DNA of 64,000 bases from Candidatus Aminicenantes bacterium (GCA_963732485.1 CAVSZS010000005.1:218685-282684); one strand, 5' to 3'. Positions 9,216 through 19,129 are shown, numbered from the stretch's first letter. Notes: a model not told the origin generated them from the letters alone. Program-made: numbers and translations.

Positions 9216-9246
9216 TAAAAACGGCGGGACAACCGTTGTCCCGCCG
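9216..9246 (-). terminator. Rho-independent terminator downstream of the CsgG-like gene
   Basis: Minus-strand hairpin GGCGGGACAAC-GG-GTTGTCCCGCC followed by UUUUU. Confidence 0.6.
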
Positions 9247-9262
9247 TTCTCCAAGCGTCCCT

Positions 9263-9985
9263 TTAGTCCAGGTCGATCGAATCCTTGGTCTTTTTCTTGC
9301 GCTTTTCGTCCATCTCGTTGAATTTGTCCATGCAGCCGGCGTCCTCGCCCTCCACCATGGAGCATTCCAGGTATTCGGCGATGTAGAGGATGCAGGCGCG
9401 GATGGCCTTGCCGGTCGGGGTTTTCTTGTAGCTCTCGCCGCCGACCGAGAAGTTGCGCAGGCTGAGGCCGGCTCCCAGGGCAGAGCCCTTGGCGCTGGCT
9501 TCGATGGTGCGGGCGTTGGTGATCTCGCCGGTCTCGGTGTCGATGACCTTCAGGTCCACGGCGATGTAGGCCTTGTCCTTGCCGCCGCCCAGGGAGAGTC
9601 CCTTGAAGCGGACGCCGCCTTTCTTGCCCGAGGTGTTCTCCTCGTATGCGGACACGGTCGCCGCGACCAGGTACTGGGCCCCTTTCAGCTTCTTCATCTG
9701 CACCTTGGTCTTGTTGCTGACCCGTCCCGAGGCGCTCAGATCCTGTTCGCCGAGCACGGCGTCGATCTCTTTCCGCTCCAGCACGCTGAAGGCCTTGGTG
9801 CTCACCAATTCGGAAGCCAGCATGTCCTGCAGGTCGCTGGCCACGGAGCCGCTCCACCAGCCGGCGGCGGTCTGGTTGGTGAAACGCAGCACGCCGAGGC
9901 GGATCTTTTCCTTGGCCGCCAGAGGCTGGGAGACCAGTGTCAGCAGCAGCGCCACGGCCAGAAATGATAACAGCAATTTCTTCAT
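9263..9985 (-). CDS. CsgG/HfaB-family secretion or periplasmic assembly protein
   Basis: Signal peptide, then a CsgG-like N-terminal region (IRLGVLRFTNQT..SDLQDMLASELVSTKAFSVLERKEIDAVLGEQDLSASG). The C-terminal tail is charged and Cys-containing. Confidence 0.6.
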   Translation of the reverse strand: MKKLLLSFLAVALLLTLVSQPLAAKEKIRLGVLRFTNQTAAGWWSGSVASDLQDMLASELVSTKAFSVLERKEIDAVLGEQDLSASGRVSNKTKVQMKKLKGAQYLVAATVSAYEENTSGKKGGVRFKGLSLGGGKDKAYIAVDLKVIDTETGEITNARTIEASAKGSALGAGLSLRNFSVGGESYKKTPTGKAIRACILYIAEYLECSMVEGEDAGCMDKFNEMDEKRKKKTKDSIDLD

Positions 9986-10037
9986 TTGTCCTCCTGATAT
10001 TTCAGCTTATCTTACACCGTTATCAAGGCAAATTCAA

Positions 10038-11078
10038 CTATGGGAGGCCGGCTGCCCGCGTGATCTTCCGGATGCGGCAGGTCCAGCTCGGGATCACCCC
10101 CGGGATGCGGGTGGCCAGGGCGGCAACCGCCGGGCAGACGGCGCAGCGTTGCAGGTCGTCGCAGAGGCTGCAAAGAACCTTTTTTTCGCTGAAAAAATAG
10201 TCTTGGCGCAGCTCGGCATAGTTGGCGGCAATGGCGGCTATGGATTTTGCCGGGCGGGAGACGAATTCATCGAGCGTGCCCAGGCAGTATTTTGCGTAAT
10301 CCGGGTTCGCTGGAGCATGCCCCAGCAGGTCGTAGAACAGGGTGCAGCCCCAGACCGTGCGGTCGGGAAGCAGCGCCAGCCGGTCGTGGCCGGCCGAGCA
10401 GACGAAAACGCCTGACCTGCCGTCAGCGGCGAAGTTTTCCAGCGGCATCCTGCCGGTCTTTTGCCGCTGTTTTTTTGCCATGGCGGCCAAAAGGCCCAGT
10501 TGCGTTTCCAGGACCGCCAGGTCCTTTTTCGCCCAGGGGACGCACAGGTCCAGGGCGTAGCGCAGCCGGGTGTGGCCCCGGCGCAGCATCTCCTTCATGC
10601 TCGCGGCCAGCAGCGCCGCGGTCCGCGGCGTGAAAACGCTGTTGATGACATACCCCGCCGGGTAAATCCGTTGCAGGTTTTCCAATGCCGCTTCCACGGC
10701 GGCCACGCTGCCGGCGTCGCGTTTTTTCTGGGCCAGGCCATCGTAGCTCAGGAGCAGCTCGAACCGGTGTTTCTTCAAGAATAAAATGTGCTCAGGTTTT
10801 AACAGCGAGCCGTTGCTGGTCAGAGCGAAGCGGAACTTGCCTGCAGAGTTTTTAGAGGCATACGCGACGGTCTTTTTGATCAGCGGCCAGCTCAGGAGCG
10901 GTTCGCCTCCATAGAAGCCAAGTTGCGTTTCTCTGGCCAGTCGGGGCTGCAGGAGATCCAGGAACGCGGCAATATCTTCAAAGCGCAGCGTGTTTTTTCC
11001 CCGGGGTTGCGGGCAATAGGGGCAGGAAAAATTGCATGTGTCGCTCAGGACCAGGGTCAAAGAGGAGATCTCCCGCAT
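10038..11078 (-). CDS. Radical SAM enzyme with C-terminal SPASM domain (peptide/protein-modifying maturase-like, anSME-like)
   Basis: CxxxCxxC motif (CNFSCPYC) near the N-terminus, and a C-terminal cluster of 9 Cys (CSAG, WGC, KYC, CSLCDD, CAVCP, WTC) typical of SPASM auxiliary clusters. Confidence 0.8.
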   Translation of the reverse strand: MREISSLTLVLSDTCNFSCPYCPQPRGKNTLRFEDIAAFLDLLQPRLARETQLGFYGGEPLLSWPLIKKTVAYASKNSAGKFRFALTSNGSLLKPEHILFLKKHRFELLLSYDGLAQKKRDAGSVAAVEAALENLQRIYPAGYVINSVFTPRTAALLAASMKEMLRRGHTRLRYALDLCVPWAKKDLAVLETQLGLLAAMAKKQRQKTGRMPLENFAADGRSGVFVCSAGHDRLALLPDRTVWGCTLFYDLLGHAPANPDYAKYCLGTLDEFVSRPAKSIAAIAANYAELRQDYFFSEKKVLCSLCDDLQRCAVCPAVAALATRIPGVIPSWTCRIRKITRAAGLP

Positions 11079-11217
11079 GGCAGGGCCATTCTAGCAAGAG
11101 GCGCACATTCCTGCAATCCTTGTCTTGGACTGGTGGAACAGTATCCGCGGTCGCAGGTTTGTTGAAATAAATCAGTTTTTAAAATAGAATCGTTGCATAT
11201 CAATACGGAGGTAGATA

Positions 11218-11418
11218 ATGGACATAAAAAAAACCAACATGAACCTGCTCCTGGGCAAGATCAGGACCTATCTTGACACGCAGCCCGAAGCGAAAAAAAA
11301 GGGGAAACGGTTCATCGAATCTGAAAAGGCGCTGGCCAAGCTGGAACAGGTTTTCGCCGACAAAAAGGGCATGGTCAAAAAGGCACCCTGCAAGCTCACC
11401 CAAAGTGCCCTCGACTGA
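11218..11418 (+). CDS. Small Lys-rich hypothetical protein (66 aa), divergent from the rSAM gene
   Basis: Strong SD (GGAGG) 8 nt upstream of the ATG. It lies in an AT-rich island (11100..11460) unusual for this GC-rich locus. No recognisable family. Confidence 0.35.
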   Translation: MDIKKTNMNLLLGKIRTYLDTQPEAKKKGKRFIESEKALAKLEQVFADKKGMVKKAPCKLTQSALD

Positions 11419-11456
11419 ACCCTAGCAATCCCCCCGGTCAGTCGCCCGTCTTTCAG

Positions 11457-14400
11457 TTGTTCGCAACAATGAAATTAATCTTCTCGTTTGCTATTCTGCT
11501 CTGCCTGTTACCGGTTTGTTTGCTTGCCGCCGGTGATCCGCGAAATGCAGCAAGCCGCCACGTCCTGGACGTCTGGAAAAGCGAGCGCGGGCTGCCCAGC
11601 AATTCCATTCCTGCTTTGACGCCTGACCGCTCCGGGTATTTATGGCTCGGCACCCAGGACGGGCTGGTCCGTTTCGACGGCAGGAGTTTCACTCTGTTCG
11701 CCAGGGCGAACACTCCGGCCTTCCGTGACGATTTTATCAGGGCGCTCTATTTGGATCGCAGGGGAACATTATGGATCGGATCGTACCTGGGCGATCTGCT
11801 CAGCCTGAGCCATGGAAAATTCCGCAGGCATCAGTTCGGCAAGCGTGATATCTCCCGCCCCATTTATTGCCTGGCCGAAGATCGAAAGAGCAACTTGTGG
11901 ATCGGGACGAATTCCGGGCTTTTTTATCGCCCGGCCGGCGACAAGGATCGTTTTTTTGCGATCTCCGGCTTCGCGGGAAAAATGATCAAGGGCCTCGTGG
12001 AAGATGGCTCGGGCCGATTGTGGGTGGCAACGGCAACCAGCGGCTTGTATCGCCTGGAGCTGCGCCGCTGGCGGCATTTTCCGCTGAACGGCAAAGGGAT
12101 GGAGGCCGACATCACTACCCTCTGTCTCTCTCGTGACGACAGAGTTTGGATCGGCACCCGGGACGGACTTTACGGGATGCAGGGAGAGAACGTGTCCCGC
12201 CTCATCCTGGGCAAGGGGTTGAGCAATATTATCATCTGCCTGCGTGAAGACCGGCGCGGCGTGCTCTGGGCCGGGACCGAGAACGGCCTGTATCGCATCG
12301 CCAAGCAAAAAGCGGGCATGGCGGCAGACGCCCGGGCTACAGCCGCTGGTTTCATCTATTCCATTGGCGAGGATCGCGAAGGTTCGCTGTGGGTCGGGAC
12401 CCTGGGCGGCGGGCTGATCCAGATACGAGATGCGCCAATCACTTTTTATGCGAACCCGCCAGGGCCCGGGAATGGAATGATCTTCTGCCTGAAGGAAGAT
12501 GGATCCGGCGCCATGTGGAGCGGGGGCGCCGCGGGCTACTTGGGGCGCTGCGACGACGACCGTTTCCGGGAAGTCGCCTTGCCCTCCGGGAATCGGGGCG
12601 CTAACGTCCAGGCCCTGGAGCTGGACAGGGCGGGTTCTCTTTGGATAGGCACTTCGGCAGGGCTGCTGCGCTTTCAGGGCGGCGCATTCCAAAGCGTTCC
12701 CCGGCTCTTTTCCCGGGAAGACATCGATGTGCGCAGCATCTTGAGCGATCGCCGGGACCGCTTGTGGGTGGCGGGTTGGGGATACGGCCTGGCCTGCCGT
12801 TCCGCGGACGGAAAAAGCGAGTTGTATACCGTTGCCTCGGGACTCGGCGATGACCGCATCAATTGCCTCCTGGAGGACCAACAGGGAAATTTGTGGATCG
12901 GCAGTGAATCGGGTGTCCGCGTCGGCAGGTTTGAGAAGGGCATGGCTTTTCGTCCGCGGCTGGCACTCGCCGGCTGCGAGGCCGTGTCGGCTTTCGAGGA
13001 CAAAGACGGTGTCATATGGATCGGCACGTACAATTACGGCCTGAAGGTTCACAAGGCCGGCCGCTGGGGTTCGCTGACCGTCGATCAGGGGCTTTTCGAC
13101 AACCGGGTATATGCCATTCAGGAAGATGCCGGCGGTTACCTCTGGTTTTCCAGCGAACGCGGCATCTTCAAGGCAAAAAAAACAGAATTGGAAAATGCGG
13201 CCTTTGATCCGCGGCAAAGGATTCACGGCCGGCTTTTCGATGAAAGCGACGGCTTGAGCAGCCGGATATGCAACAACGGAAGTCCCGCGGGCTGGAAGGA
13301 CAAGAGCGAACGAATGTGGTTCGCCACCCTGAAGGGAGTGGCCATGGTCGATCCGCTGATCACGTTGCGGAATGAAATGGCGCCCCCGGTGCTGCTGGAA
13401 GATGTCGTGGTCGATCACCGCAGCCTGCCGCTAGCGGGCTCTCGCGCCGCGACAACGCTGCGTCTGGCGGCGGGCAGCAAGCGCTTCGAGCTCAAGTACA
13501 CGGCACTGAGCTTCATCCGTTCCGACAGGGTCGAATTCAAGTACAAGCTCGAAGGCTATGACAAGGAGTGGGCTTCCGCCGGCAGCCGCCGCGAGGCGTT
13601 CTATAACGACCTGCGCCCCGGACGCTACAACTTCCGCGTGATCGCCGCCAACGCCGACGGGGTCTGGAACATGGCCGGGGCCTCCTTCGCTTTTTTCCTG
13701 AAGCCGTTCGTCTACCAGACCTGGTGGTTCATGGTCCTGGCCGCCCTGGCCTTCGCGGTCCTTTCGGCGCTGTCGTGGCAGCTCCTGAAAAAATACCTGC
13801 ATGCCGTCACCTTCTGGAAGAAAAAGACGCACCTCGGCCATTTCAAGATCCTGGAGCCCATCGGCACGGGCGGCATGGCCATGGTGTACAAGGCGCAGGA
13901 TATTCTGGACAAGAAGCGCATCGTGGCCCTCAAGGTGCTGAGGGAGGAAAATTTCCACGACGAGCTGCAGAAAAAGCGCTTCCAGCACGAGTCGCTGATC
14001 ACCGAGCAGCTGGACCACCCGCATATCGTGCGCATCTTCGAGCGCGGCGAGACCGATGATTGCCTGTATATCGCCATGGAGCTGCTGCACGGGCGGCCGC
14101 TGGCCCGGCTCATGCGCGAGGAAGGAAAGCAGGAGACGGCCGTGGCGCTGGACATCCTGCTGCAGGTGGTTGACGCCCTGCGCGCCATCCATGGCCAGAA
14201 CATCGTCCACCGCGACCTCAAGCCGGAGAACATCATGATCAGCGAGCGGCGCGGCCGGCCCCACTACGTCACGCTGCTCGATTTCGGCCTGGCCATCACC
14301 CCGGCCCAGTCGCGGCTGACCGTATCGGGCGTGGTCATCGGCACCGTGCGCTACCTGCCGCCGGAACGGATCAGCGACGGCATCTCTTCAGCGGCCGGGG

Positions 14401-14675
14401 ACATTTATTCGGCCGGCATCATCCTCTACGAGATGCTGACCGGCTCCAAGCCCTTCTGGTCGGAGGCGACCGGCGAGGTGATCCACCGCATCCTGGAAAC
14501 CTACCCCCTCGCCGCCCGCGTGATCAACCCCGCCATACCCCGCGAGCTGGAAGCGCTGATACAGGCCATGATCGACAAGGACCCGGCGCGGCGGCCGCTG
14601 CTGGCCACGGTCGAGAAGGAACTGCTGCGCCTGGCAGCGGGGCTTCCGCTCCCAGAAGAAAACAGGGAGGGCTGA
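11457..14675 (+). CDS. Membrane Ser/Thr protein kinase with periplasmic two-component-regulator beta-propeller (Reg_prop) repeats and Y_Y_Y domain
   Basis: Signal peptide, then many W/GL-containing Reg_prop repeats (LWIGTxxGL..). The Y_Y_Y-like region (FKYKLEGYDKEW) is followed by a TM helix (WWFMVLAALAFAVLSAL). A Hanks kinase follows (GxGxxG GTGGMAMVYKA, VALK, HRDLKPENIM, DFGLA, APE-like PPER). Confidence 0.8.
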   Translation: MFATMKLIFSFAILLCLLPVCLLAAGDPRNAASRHVLDVWKSERGLPSNSIPALTPDRSGYLWLGTQDGLVRFDGRSFTLFARANTPAFRDDFIRALYLDRRGTLWIGSYLGDLLSLSHGKFRRHQFGKRDISRPIYCLAEDRKSNLWIGTNSGLFYRPAGDKDRFFAISGFAGKMIKGLVEDGSGRLWVATATSGLYRLELRRWRHFPLNGKGMEADITTLCLSRDDRVWIGTRDGLYGMQGENVSRLILGKGLSNIIICLREDRRGVLWAGTENGLYRIAKQKAGMAADARATAAGFIYSIGEDREGSLWVGTLGGGLIQIRDAPITFYANPPGPGNGMIFCLKEDGSGAMWSGGAAGYLGRCDDDRFREVALPSGNRGANVQALELDRAGSLWIGTSAGLLRFQGGAFQSVPRLFSREDIDVRSILSDRRDRLWVAGWGYGLACRSADGKSELYTVASGLGDDRINCLLEDQQGNLWIGSESGVRVGRFEKGMAFRPRLALAGCEAVSAFEDKDGVIWIGTYNYGLKVHKAGRWGSLTVDQGLFDNRVYAIQEDAGGYLWFSSERGIFKAKKTELENAAFDPRQRIHGRLFDESDGLSSRICNNGSPAGWKDKSERMWFATLKGVAMVDPLITLRNEMAPPVLLEDVVVDHRSLPLAGSRAATTLRLAAGSKRFELKYTALSFIRSDRVEFKYKLEGYDKEWASAGSRREAFYNDLRPGRYNFRVIAANADGVWNMAGASFAFFLKPFVYQTWWFMVLAALAFAVLSALSWQLLKKYLHAVTFWKKKTHLGHFKILEPIGTGGMAMVYKAQDILDKKRIVALKVLREENFHDELQKKRFQHESLITEQLDHPHIVRIFERGETDDCLYIAMELLHGRPLARLMREEGKQETAVALDILLQVVDALRAIHGQNIVHRDLKPENIMISERRGRPHYVTLLDFGLAITPAQSRLTVSGVVIGTVRYLPPERISDGISSAAGDIYSAGIILYEMLTGSKPFWSEATGEVIHRILETYPLAARVINPAIPRELEALIQAMIDKDPARRPLLATVEKELLRLAAGLPLPEENREG

Positions 14676-15040
14676 TGGTTGAGGACAACGAGGCGACCAT
14701 GGAATTACCCGCCTGGCTGAACGGCATCGATGTGGCGGTCACGGTGTGCGATCGCCAGGGGGTGATCATCGCCATGAACGAGCGGGCTGGCAAAACATTC
14801 GCCGCCGACGGCGGCCGGGCGCTGATCGGCAAGAGCCTCATGGCCTGCCATCCCGAAGCGGCGCAACGGAAGATCCGCGTCCTCATGGAAACCGGGGCGA
14901 GCAACAGCTATACCATTGAAAAGAACGGCGTGAAAAAACTGATCCACCAGGAGCCCTGGTACCGGGACGGCGAGATGGGCGGCCTGGTGGAAATCTCCAT
15001 CGTCATCCCTTTCAGCCTGCCCCATTTCGTGCGCGGCTGA
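14675..15040 (+). CDS. Stand-alone PAS domain protein
   Basis: 121 aa with a PAS-like core (GIDVAVTVCDRQGVIIAMNERAGKTF). Its start overlaps the kinase stop (ATGA), so it is translationally coupled. Confidence 0.6.
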   Translation: MVEDNEATMELPAWLNGIDVAVTVCDRQGVIIAMNERAGKTFAADGGRALIGKSLMACHPEAAQRKIRVLMETGASNSYTIEKNGVKKLIHQEPWYRDGEMGGLVEISIVIPFSLPHFVRG

Positions 15041-15070
15041 AAGGGATGTTCCGGAACGGTCGCCAGCGGC

Positions 15071-17116
15071 TTAGTCCGCTACCCGGCCGATGTGCTCGGC
15101 GAACCAGCCCAGCACCGTTCGCCACCACAGGCGCGCGTTCTGCGGCTTTTGCACGAAGTGGTTCTCGTCGGGGAAATACAGCATTTTCGATTCGACGCCG
15201 CGCCGCTGCAGGGCGGTGAAGAGCATCAGGCCCTGGGATACCGGCACGCGGAAATCGTTCTCGCCGTGCACGACCAGCATGGGCACTTTGAACTTGTCCA
15301 CGTGGTTGGCCGGGTTCCACTTTTCGTACAGGGCACTCTCCCAGGGGGTGCCGCCGTATTCCCATTCCTCGAACCACAGCTCCTCGGTGGCATAATACAT
15401 GCTGCGCGCGTCGAAGATGCCGTCGTGAGAGACCAGGCAGCGGAAGGGGTACTTGAAGGCGTCGCTGTGGCCGGCCATCCAGTTGACCATGAAGCCGCCG
15501 TAGGAGGCGCCGGCCGCGACGATGCGCTTGCCGTCGATGAAGGGGTAGTTCTCCACCAGGTACTTCTGGCCGTTGACCAAATCGACGAAGGGGGCGCCGC
15601 CCCAGTCGCCGGAGATCGAGTCGGTGAAGGCCTGGCCGTAGCCCGGGCTGCCGTGGAAGTTGATGGCCGCCACCACGTAGCCGGGAGACGCGAACAGGCT
15701 GTGGTTCCAGCGGTAGTGGAAGTCGTCGGTCCAGGCGTTCTGCGGGCCGCCGTGCACCAGGAACACCAGCGGGTATTTCTTGCTGGCGTCGAAAAACGGC
15801 GGCTTGAGCAGCATGCCCTCGACCATCTCGTCCTTGGCGCCCTTGAAGCGGAAGGTTTCGACGCGGTTCAGCTCGATGTCCTTGAAGAGCTCGCGGTTGA
15901 CGTGCGTCAGCTGCGTCTGGCGGCGGCGGCGCAGGTCGAACAAGAAGATTTCCTGCGGCATGGCCACGCTCTGCGCCAGGTAGACCAGGGCATTGCCGTC
16001 CGGGGTCAGGCGCAGAGAATTGGCGTTGACGGCGGGGACGATTTTTTCTATCTTTTTCGAGGCGATGTGCAGCTTGAAGATCGGCTCGTAGATGCTCTCC
16101 GAGGCGATGAAATAGATGGCCCTCTCATCGGCGCTGAAAATGAAGGCGGCGATGGTGTTGGCGAAGTCGGCCGTCAGGTTCCGCCGGGCCCCGGTTTTCA
16201 GGTCATAGAGGATAATGTCTTTCTTGTCGGCTTCAAAACCGGCGCGGCGCATGGAAAGATACGCCAGGTAGCGGTTTTTCGGCGAGAAGACCGGGTTGGC
16301 GTCCGCGCCCTTGTTGTCGGCGCTGACATTCTTTTCCTCGCCGCCGTTCAAGGCGCGCAGGAAGACGTCGTTGTTGGTGGAGACGGCCACGACCGGGTCG
16401 GTGTTCCTGACATAGGCGAACCAGGCGTTGTCGGCGGAGAACAGGAAGTCCTGGCCGCCGCCCAGGTCCAGCGGCGGAGTGTCGAACTCGCCCGGCGTCA
16501 GGTTGGTGAATTCGTCGCTGCCGGGCCGGTGCCGGAAGACATGGCTGCGCTTGCCGTCGCGCCAGGAATCCCAGACGCGGAACATCAGGCCGGTCAGCAG
16601 CTTGGCCTTGACCTTGGAGCTTTCCGCCTCCTTGTCCAGGGCCAGGGCCTCGGCGAATGATGCCGCCCGCGGGTCGATATCGCGGGCGAAGGCGATGGTC
16701 TTCTCGTCGCCCGACCAGATGAAGTCGCTGACTCCGCCGGGAACCTGGGTCACGGGCGTGATCTGGGCGGGACGGTTCAGGTCGATGGCGAATACCTGGG
16801 GGTCGCCGGCGCGGGTGGAAACAAATGTCAACAGGCCGGAGCGCAGAAACCTGGGATTGGAGCTGTTGCCTTTGCCGTCGGTTACCATTTTTTGTTCACG
16901 GCCCTGCATGTCGATCGCGTACAGGTCGGAATGTGACGTGTTGGCAGCGATGTCCGGGGTGCGCACGGCGAAAACGACCCAGCGGCCGTCAGGGGATATG
17001 GCCGGCGCCGACAGGCGGCCGGCGGCGAACATGTCCTCGAAGCTCATGGCCCTCTTCTGTCCCCAGAGGGCGGCGGTCAGGAAAAGGCACAGGAAAAGCA
17101 GGCCTGATTTCTTCAT
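15071..17116 (-). CDS. S9 family serine peptidase (prolyl oligopeptidase / acylaminoacyl-peptidase type) with N-terminal beta-propeller
   Basis: Signal peptide and TolB-like propeller repeats. The C-terminal alpha/beta hydrolase carries the GASYGG nucleophile motif. The start is set at the ATG preceded by AGGAGA. Confidence 0.8.
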   Translation of the reverse strand: MKKSGLLFLCLFLTAALWGQKRAMSFEDMFAAGRLSAPAISPDGRWVVFAVRTPDIAANTSHSDLYAIDMQGREQKMVTDGKGNSSNPRFLRSGLLTFVSTRAGDPQVFAIDLNRPAQITPVTQVPGGVSDFIWSGDEKTIAFARDIDPRAASFAEALALDKEAESSKVKAKLLTGLMFRVWDSWRDGKRSHVFRHRPGSDEFTNLTPGEFDTPPLDLGGGQDFLFSADNAWFAYVRNTDPVVAVSTNNDVFLRALNGGEEKNVSADNKGADANPVFSPKNRYLAYLSMRRAGFEADKKDIILYDLKTGARRNLTADFANTIAAFIFSADERAIYFIASESIYEPIFKLHIASKKIEKIVPAVNANSLRLTPDGNALVYLAQSVAMPQEIFLFDLRRRRQTQLTHVNRELFKDIELNRVETFRFKGAKDEMVEGMLLKPPFFDASKKYPLVFLVHGGPQNAWTDDFHYRWNHSLFASPGYVVAAINFHGSPGYGQAFTDSISGDWGGAPFVDLVNGQKYLVENYPFIDGKRIVAAGASYGGFMVNWMAGHSDAFKYPFRCLVSHDGIFDARSMYYATEELWFEEWEYGGTPWESALYEKWNPANHVDKFKVPMLVVHGENDFRVPVSQGLMLFTALQRRGVESKMLYFPDENHFVQKPQNARLWWRTVLGWFAEHIGRVAD

Positions 17117-17254
17117 GGGGTTTCTCCTTGCTGAAATTTCGTCTGATCGCGGCGAACGGCTCGTTCGCCGGCCCCTTGCGGGCGATGAAAGCAAGCCGCG
17201 GGAGCCGTTGCCGGCCCCCGCGGCCCTAAAGGTCGCTGTGGGTCTGGAGCTTGG

Positions 17255-17947
17255 TTATTGTACCGTCTCGGCTTCTTCTCTGGGCTGGATCTTCAGGATG
17301 ATGTAGCGGTTGGAGGAAACCTTGTTGGTCACGGGATTGACCAGCTCGTATTTCCGCAGGGTGAAGATGTATTCCTTCTCGCCGCTGGCGCCGTTGATCT
17401 TGACGATCGACCTGTTGGTCACGGTCTTGCCGGCCAGCAGGTCCTGATTCTGGTCGATGTTGGTGGATAGGGCGATCATCTTCTTTTCATTCTCCACCTG
17501 GGTCTTCATCTGGGTGAAATTCGCCTGGTCGCGCTTGTAGTTGGCGGTTTCGGTCTCGGATTCCAATTCCAGCGCCACGATCTGCTTCTGGATTTCGGCT
17601 TTCTTGCCGCCGCGGGTTTCGCCCAGCTGGGTCTTCAGCTGGTCCAGTGCGTCCTTCTTGTCCCTGACCAGGAGAAGCTGGTCATCCTTTTTTTTCTTGA
17701 CGTCGGCCAGGTCCTGGATCATCTTGGGCAGGCCGAATTCCTCGCTGACCGCTTCTTCGCTGGAGATCAGTTCCCAGGATTTGAATTCCACGGCGAAGGG
17801 TTCGGCGGCCATGGCGGCCATGGTGTCGCGGTCCTTGGCCTTCATGGCCTGGAAATATTTGGAGAGCGTGATCTCCTCGGGTTTTTGACAGGATGTGGTG
17901 ACCAGGATCAGGAACAGTAAGGCGATACCGACCAATACTTTTTTCAT
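17255..17947 (-). CDS. Hypothetical lipoprotein
   Basis: Lipobox LVTTSC, charged coiled-coil-like middle region, no recognisable family. Confidence 0.5.
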   Translation of the reverse strand: MKKVLVGIALLFLILVTTSCQKPEEITLSKYFQAMKAKDRDTMAAMAAEPFAVEFKSWELISSEEAVSEEFGLPKMIQDLADVKKKKDDQLLLVRDKKDALDQLKTQLGETRGGKKAEIQKQIVALELESETETANYKRDQANFTQMKTQVENEKKMIALSTNIDQNQDLLAGKTVTNRSIVKINGASGEKEYIFTLRKYELVNPVTNKVSSNRYIILKIQPREEAETVQ

Positions 17948-18132
17948 GCAAATCCTCCTAATAAAATTTATGAATGGTTGCGGGATGCGCGAAACCTGCT
18001 TCCGCGCTTTGTTTTTGCCTGGTTAATGCCGTTTTGCTCATCCGCTGCCGATTATAAGTAATTTAAAATTTAAAATCAAGACAATTCAATAAATTTAATC
18101 AAAATAAGAATGCGGCCGGAAGAAGGAGGCGA

Positions 18133-19071
18133 CTAGTTGTCCAGGATGAAATCCAGGGGGTTGATCGGCTTTTCGTAGTAGCGCACTTCGTAGTGCAGGT
18201 GCGGGCCGTTGCTCCTGCCGGTGGTGCCGACGTAGCCGATGACGTCGAAACGCTTGACGCGCTGCCCCTCGCGGACATTGTAGCCGGAGAGATGGCCGTA
18301 GCGCGTGACGTAGCCGAAGCCGTGGTCGAGAATGATCATCTTGCCGTAGTAGTCGCGCGTCTCGGCCACCAGGATCACGCCGTCGGCCGGAGCGATGATC
18401 TTGTTGCCCAGCTGGGTGGCGATGTCAACGGCGCTATGGAACTCGTAGCGGCCGGTGAACGGGTGCAGACGGTTGCCGAAAAATCCCGTAAGGATACCGC
18501 GGGTGGGCATGATGGCGGGGGTGGCGGCCAGATGCAGCTTTTGCTGGTCGACGTACTTCTCGACCATCTTGAGCGAGTCCTCGATCTTGCGGGCCTTGTC
18601 GCGGATGTTGGGCGTCGCCGGCAGGGTGTCGCCGCGCAACGGCGTTCCGGGAACCAGGGAAGGCGAGGCCGGGAAATCACCGCCGCCGGGCAGGCTGGTG
18701 CCGGGACCGCCGCTGCCGACTTCGCGCAGCGCCAGGGGCGACGTCAGGCCGGTGGCCACCATGATCTTTTCCTTGTAGATCTCCATTTGCTTGAGGCGGC
18801 CGTTCAATACGTCGATGGTGGAGGACATGTCGCTGATCTTCTGCCGCTTCTCCCTGGCGTCGGATTCCAGGCGCACCATTTTCTGCTTGTCCAGGGTCAT
18901 GGTCAGGTAGTGGAACAGGATGAAGCCGAAGAACAGGACCAGGAAGGAAAATCCCAGGATTGCGTTGCGGATCAACTTGGATGAGACGGTAAATTCCTTG
19001 TTGGTCGAGGTGGCATCGGAAACGATGATGACTGAGTAGTTGCGGGCATTCTTGCTTGTTTTCACTGTCAT
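18133..19071 (-). CDS. M23 family metallopeptidase (LytM/EnvC-like)
   Basis: N-terminal TM helix, coiled coil, and a C-terminal M23 domain (HxxxD region FHSAVDIA; HLHYEV). Confidence 0.8.
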   Translation of the reverse strand: MTVKTSKNARNYSVIIVSDATSTNKEFTVSSKLIRNAILGFSFLVLFFGFILFHYLTMTLDKQKMVRLESDAREKRQKISDMSSTIDVLNGRLKQMEIYKEKIMVATGLTSPLALREVGSGGPGTSLPGGGDFPASPSLVPGTPLRGDTLPATPNIRDKARKIEDSLKMVEKYVDQQKLHLAATPAIMPTRGILTGFFGNRLHPFTGRYEFHSAVDIATQLGNKIIAPADGVILVAETRDYYGKMIILDHGFGYVTRYGHLSGYNVREGQRVKRFDVIGYVGTTGRSNGPHLHYEVRYYEKPINPLDFILDN

Positions 19072-19129
19072 GACCCTTTCCGGGCGCCCCTATTGTATAG
19101 CGGTCGAAACGCGTTGTCAACCATTGAGC

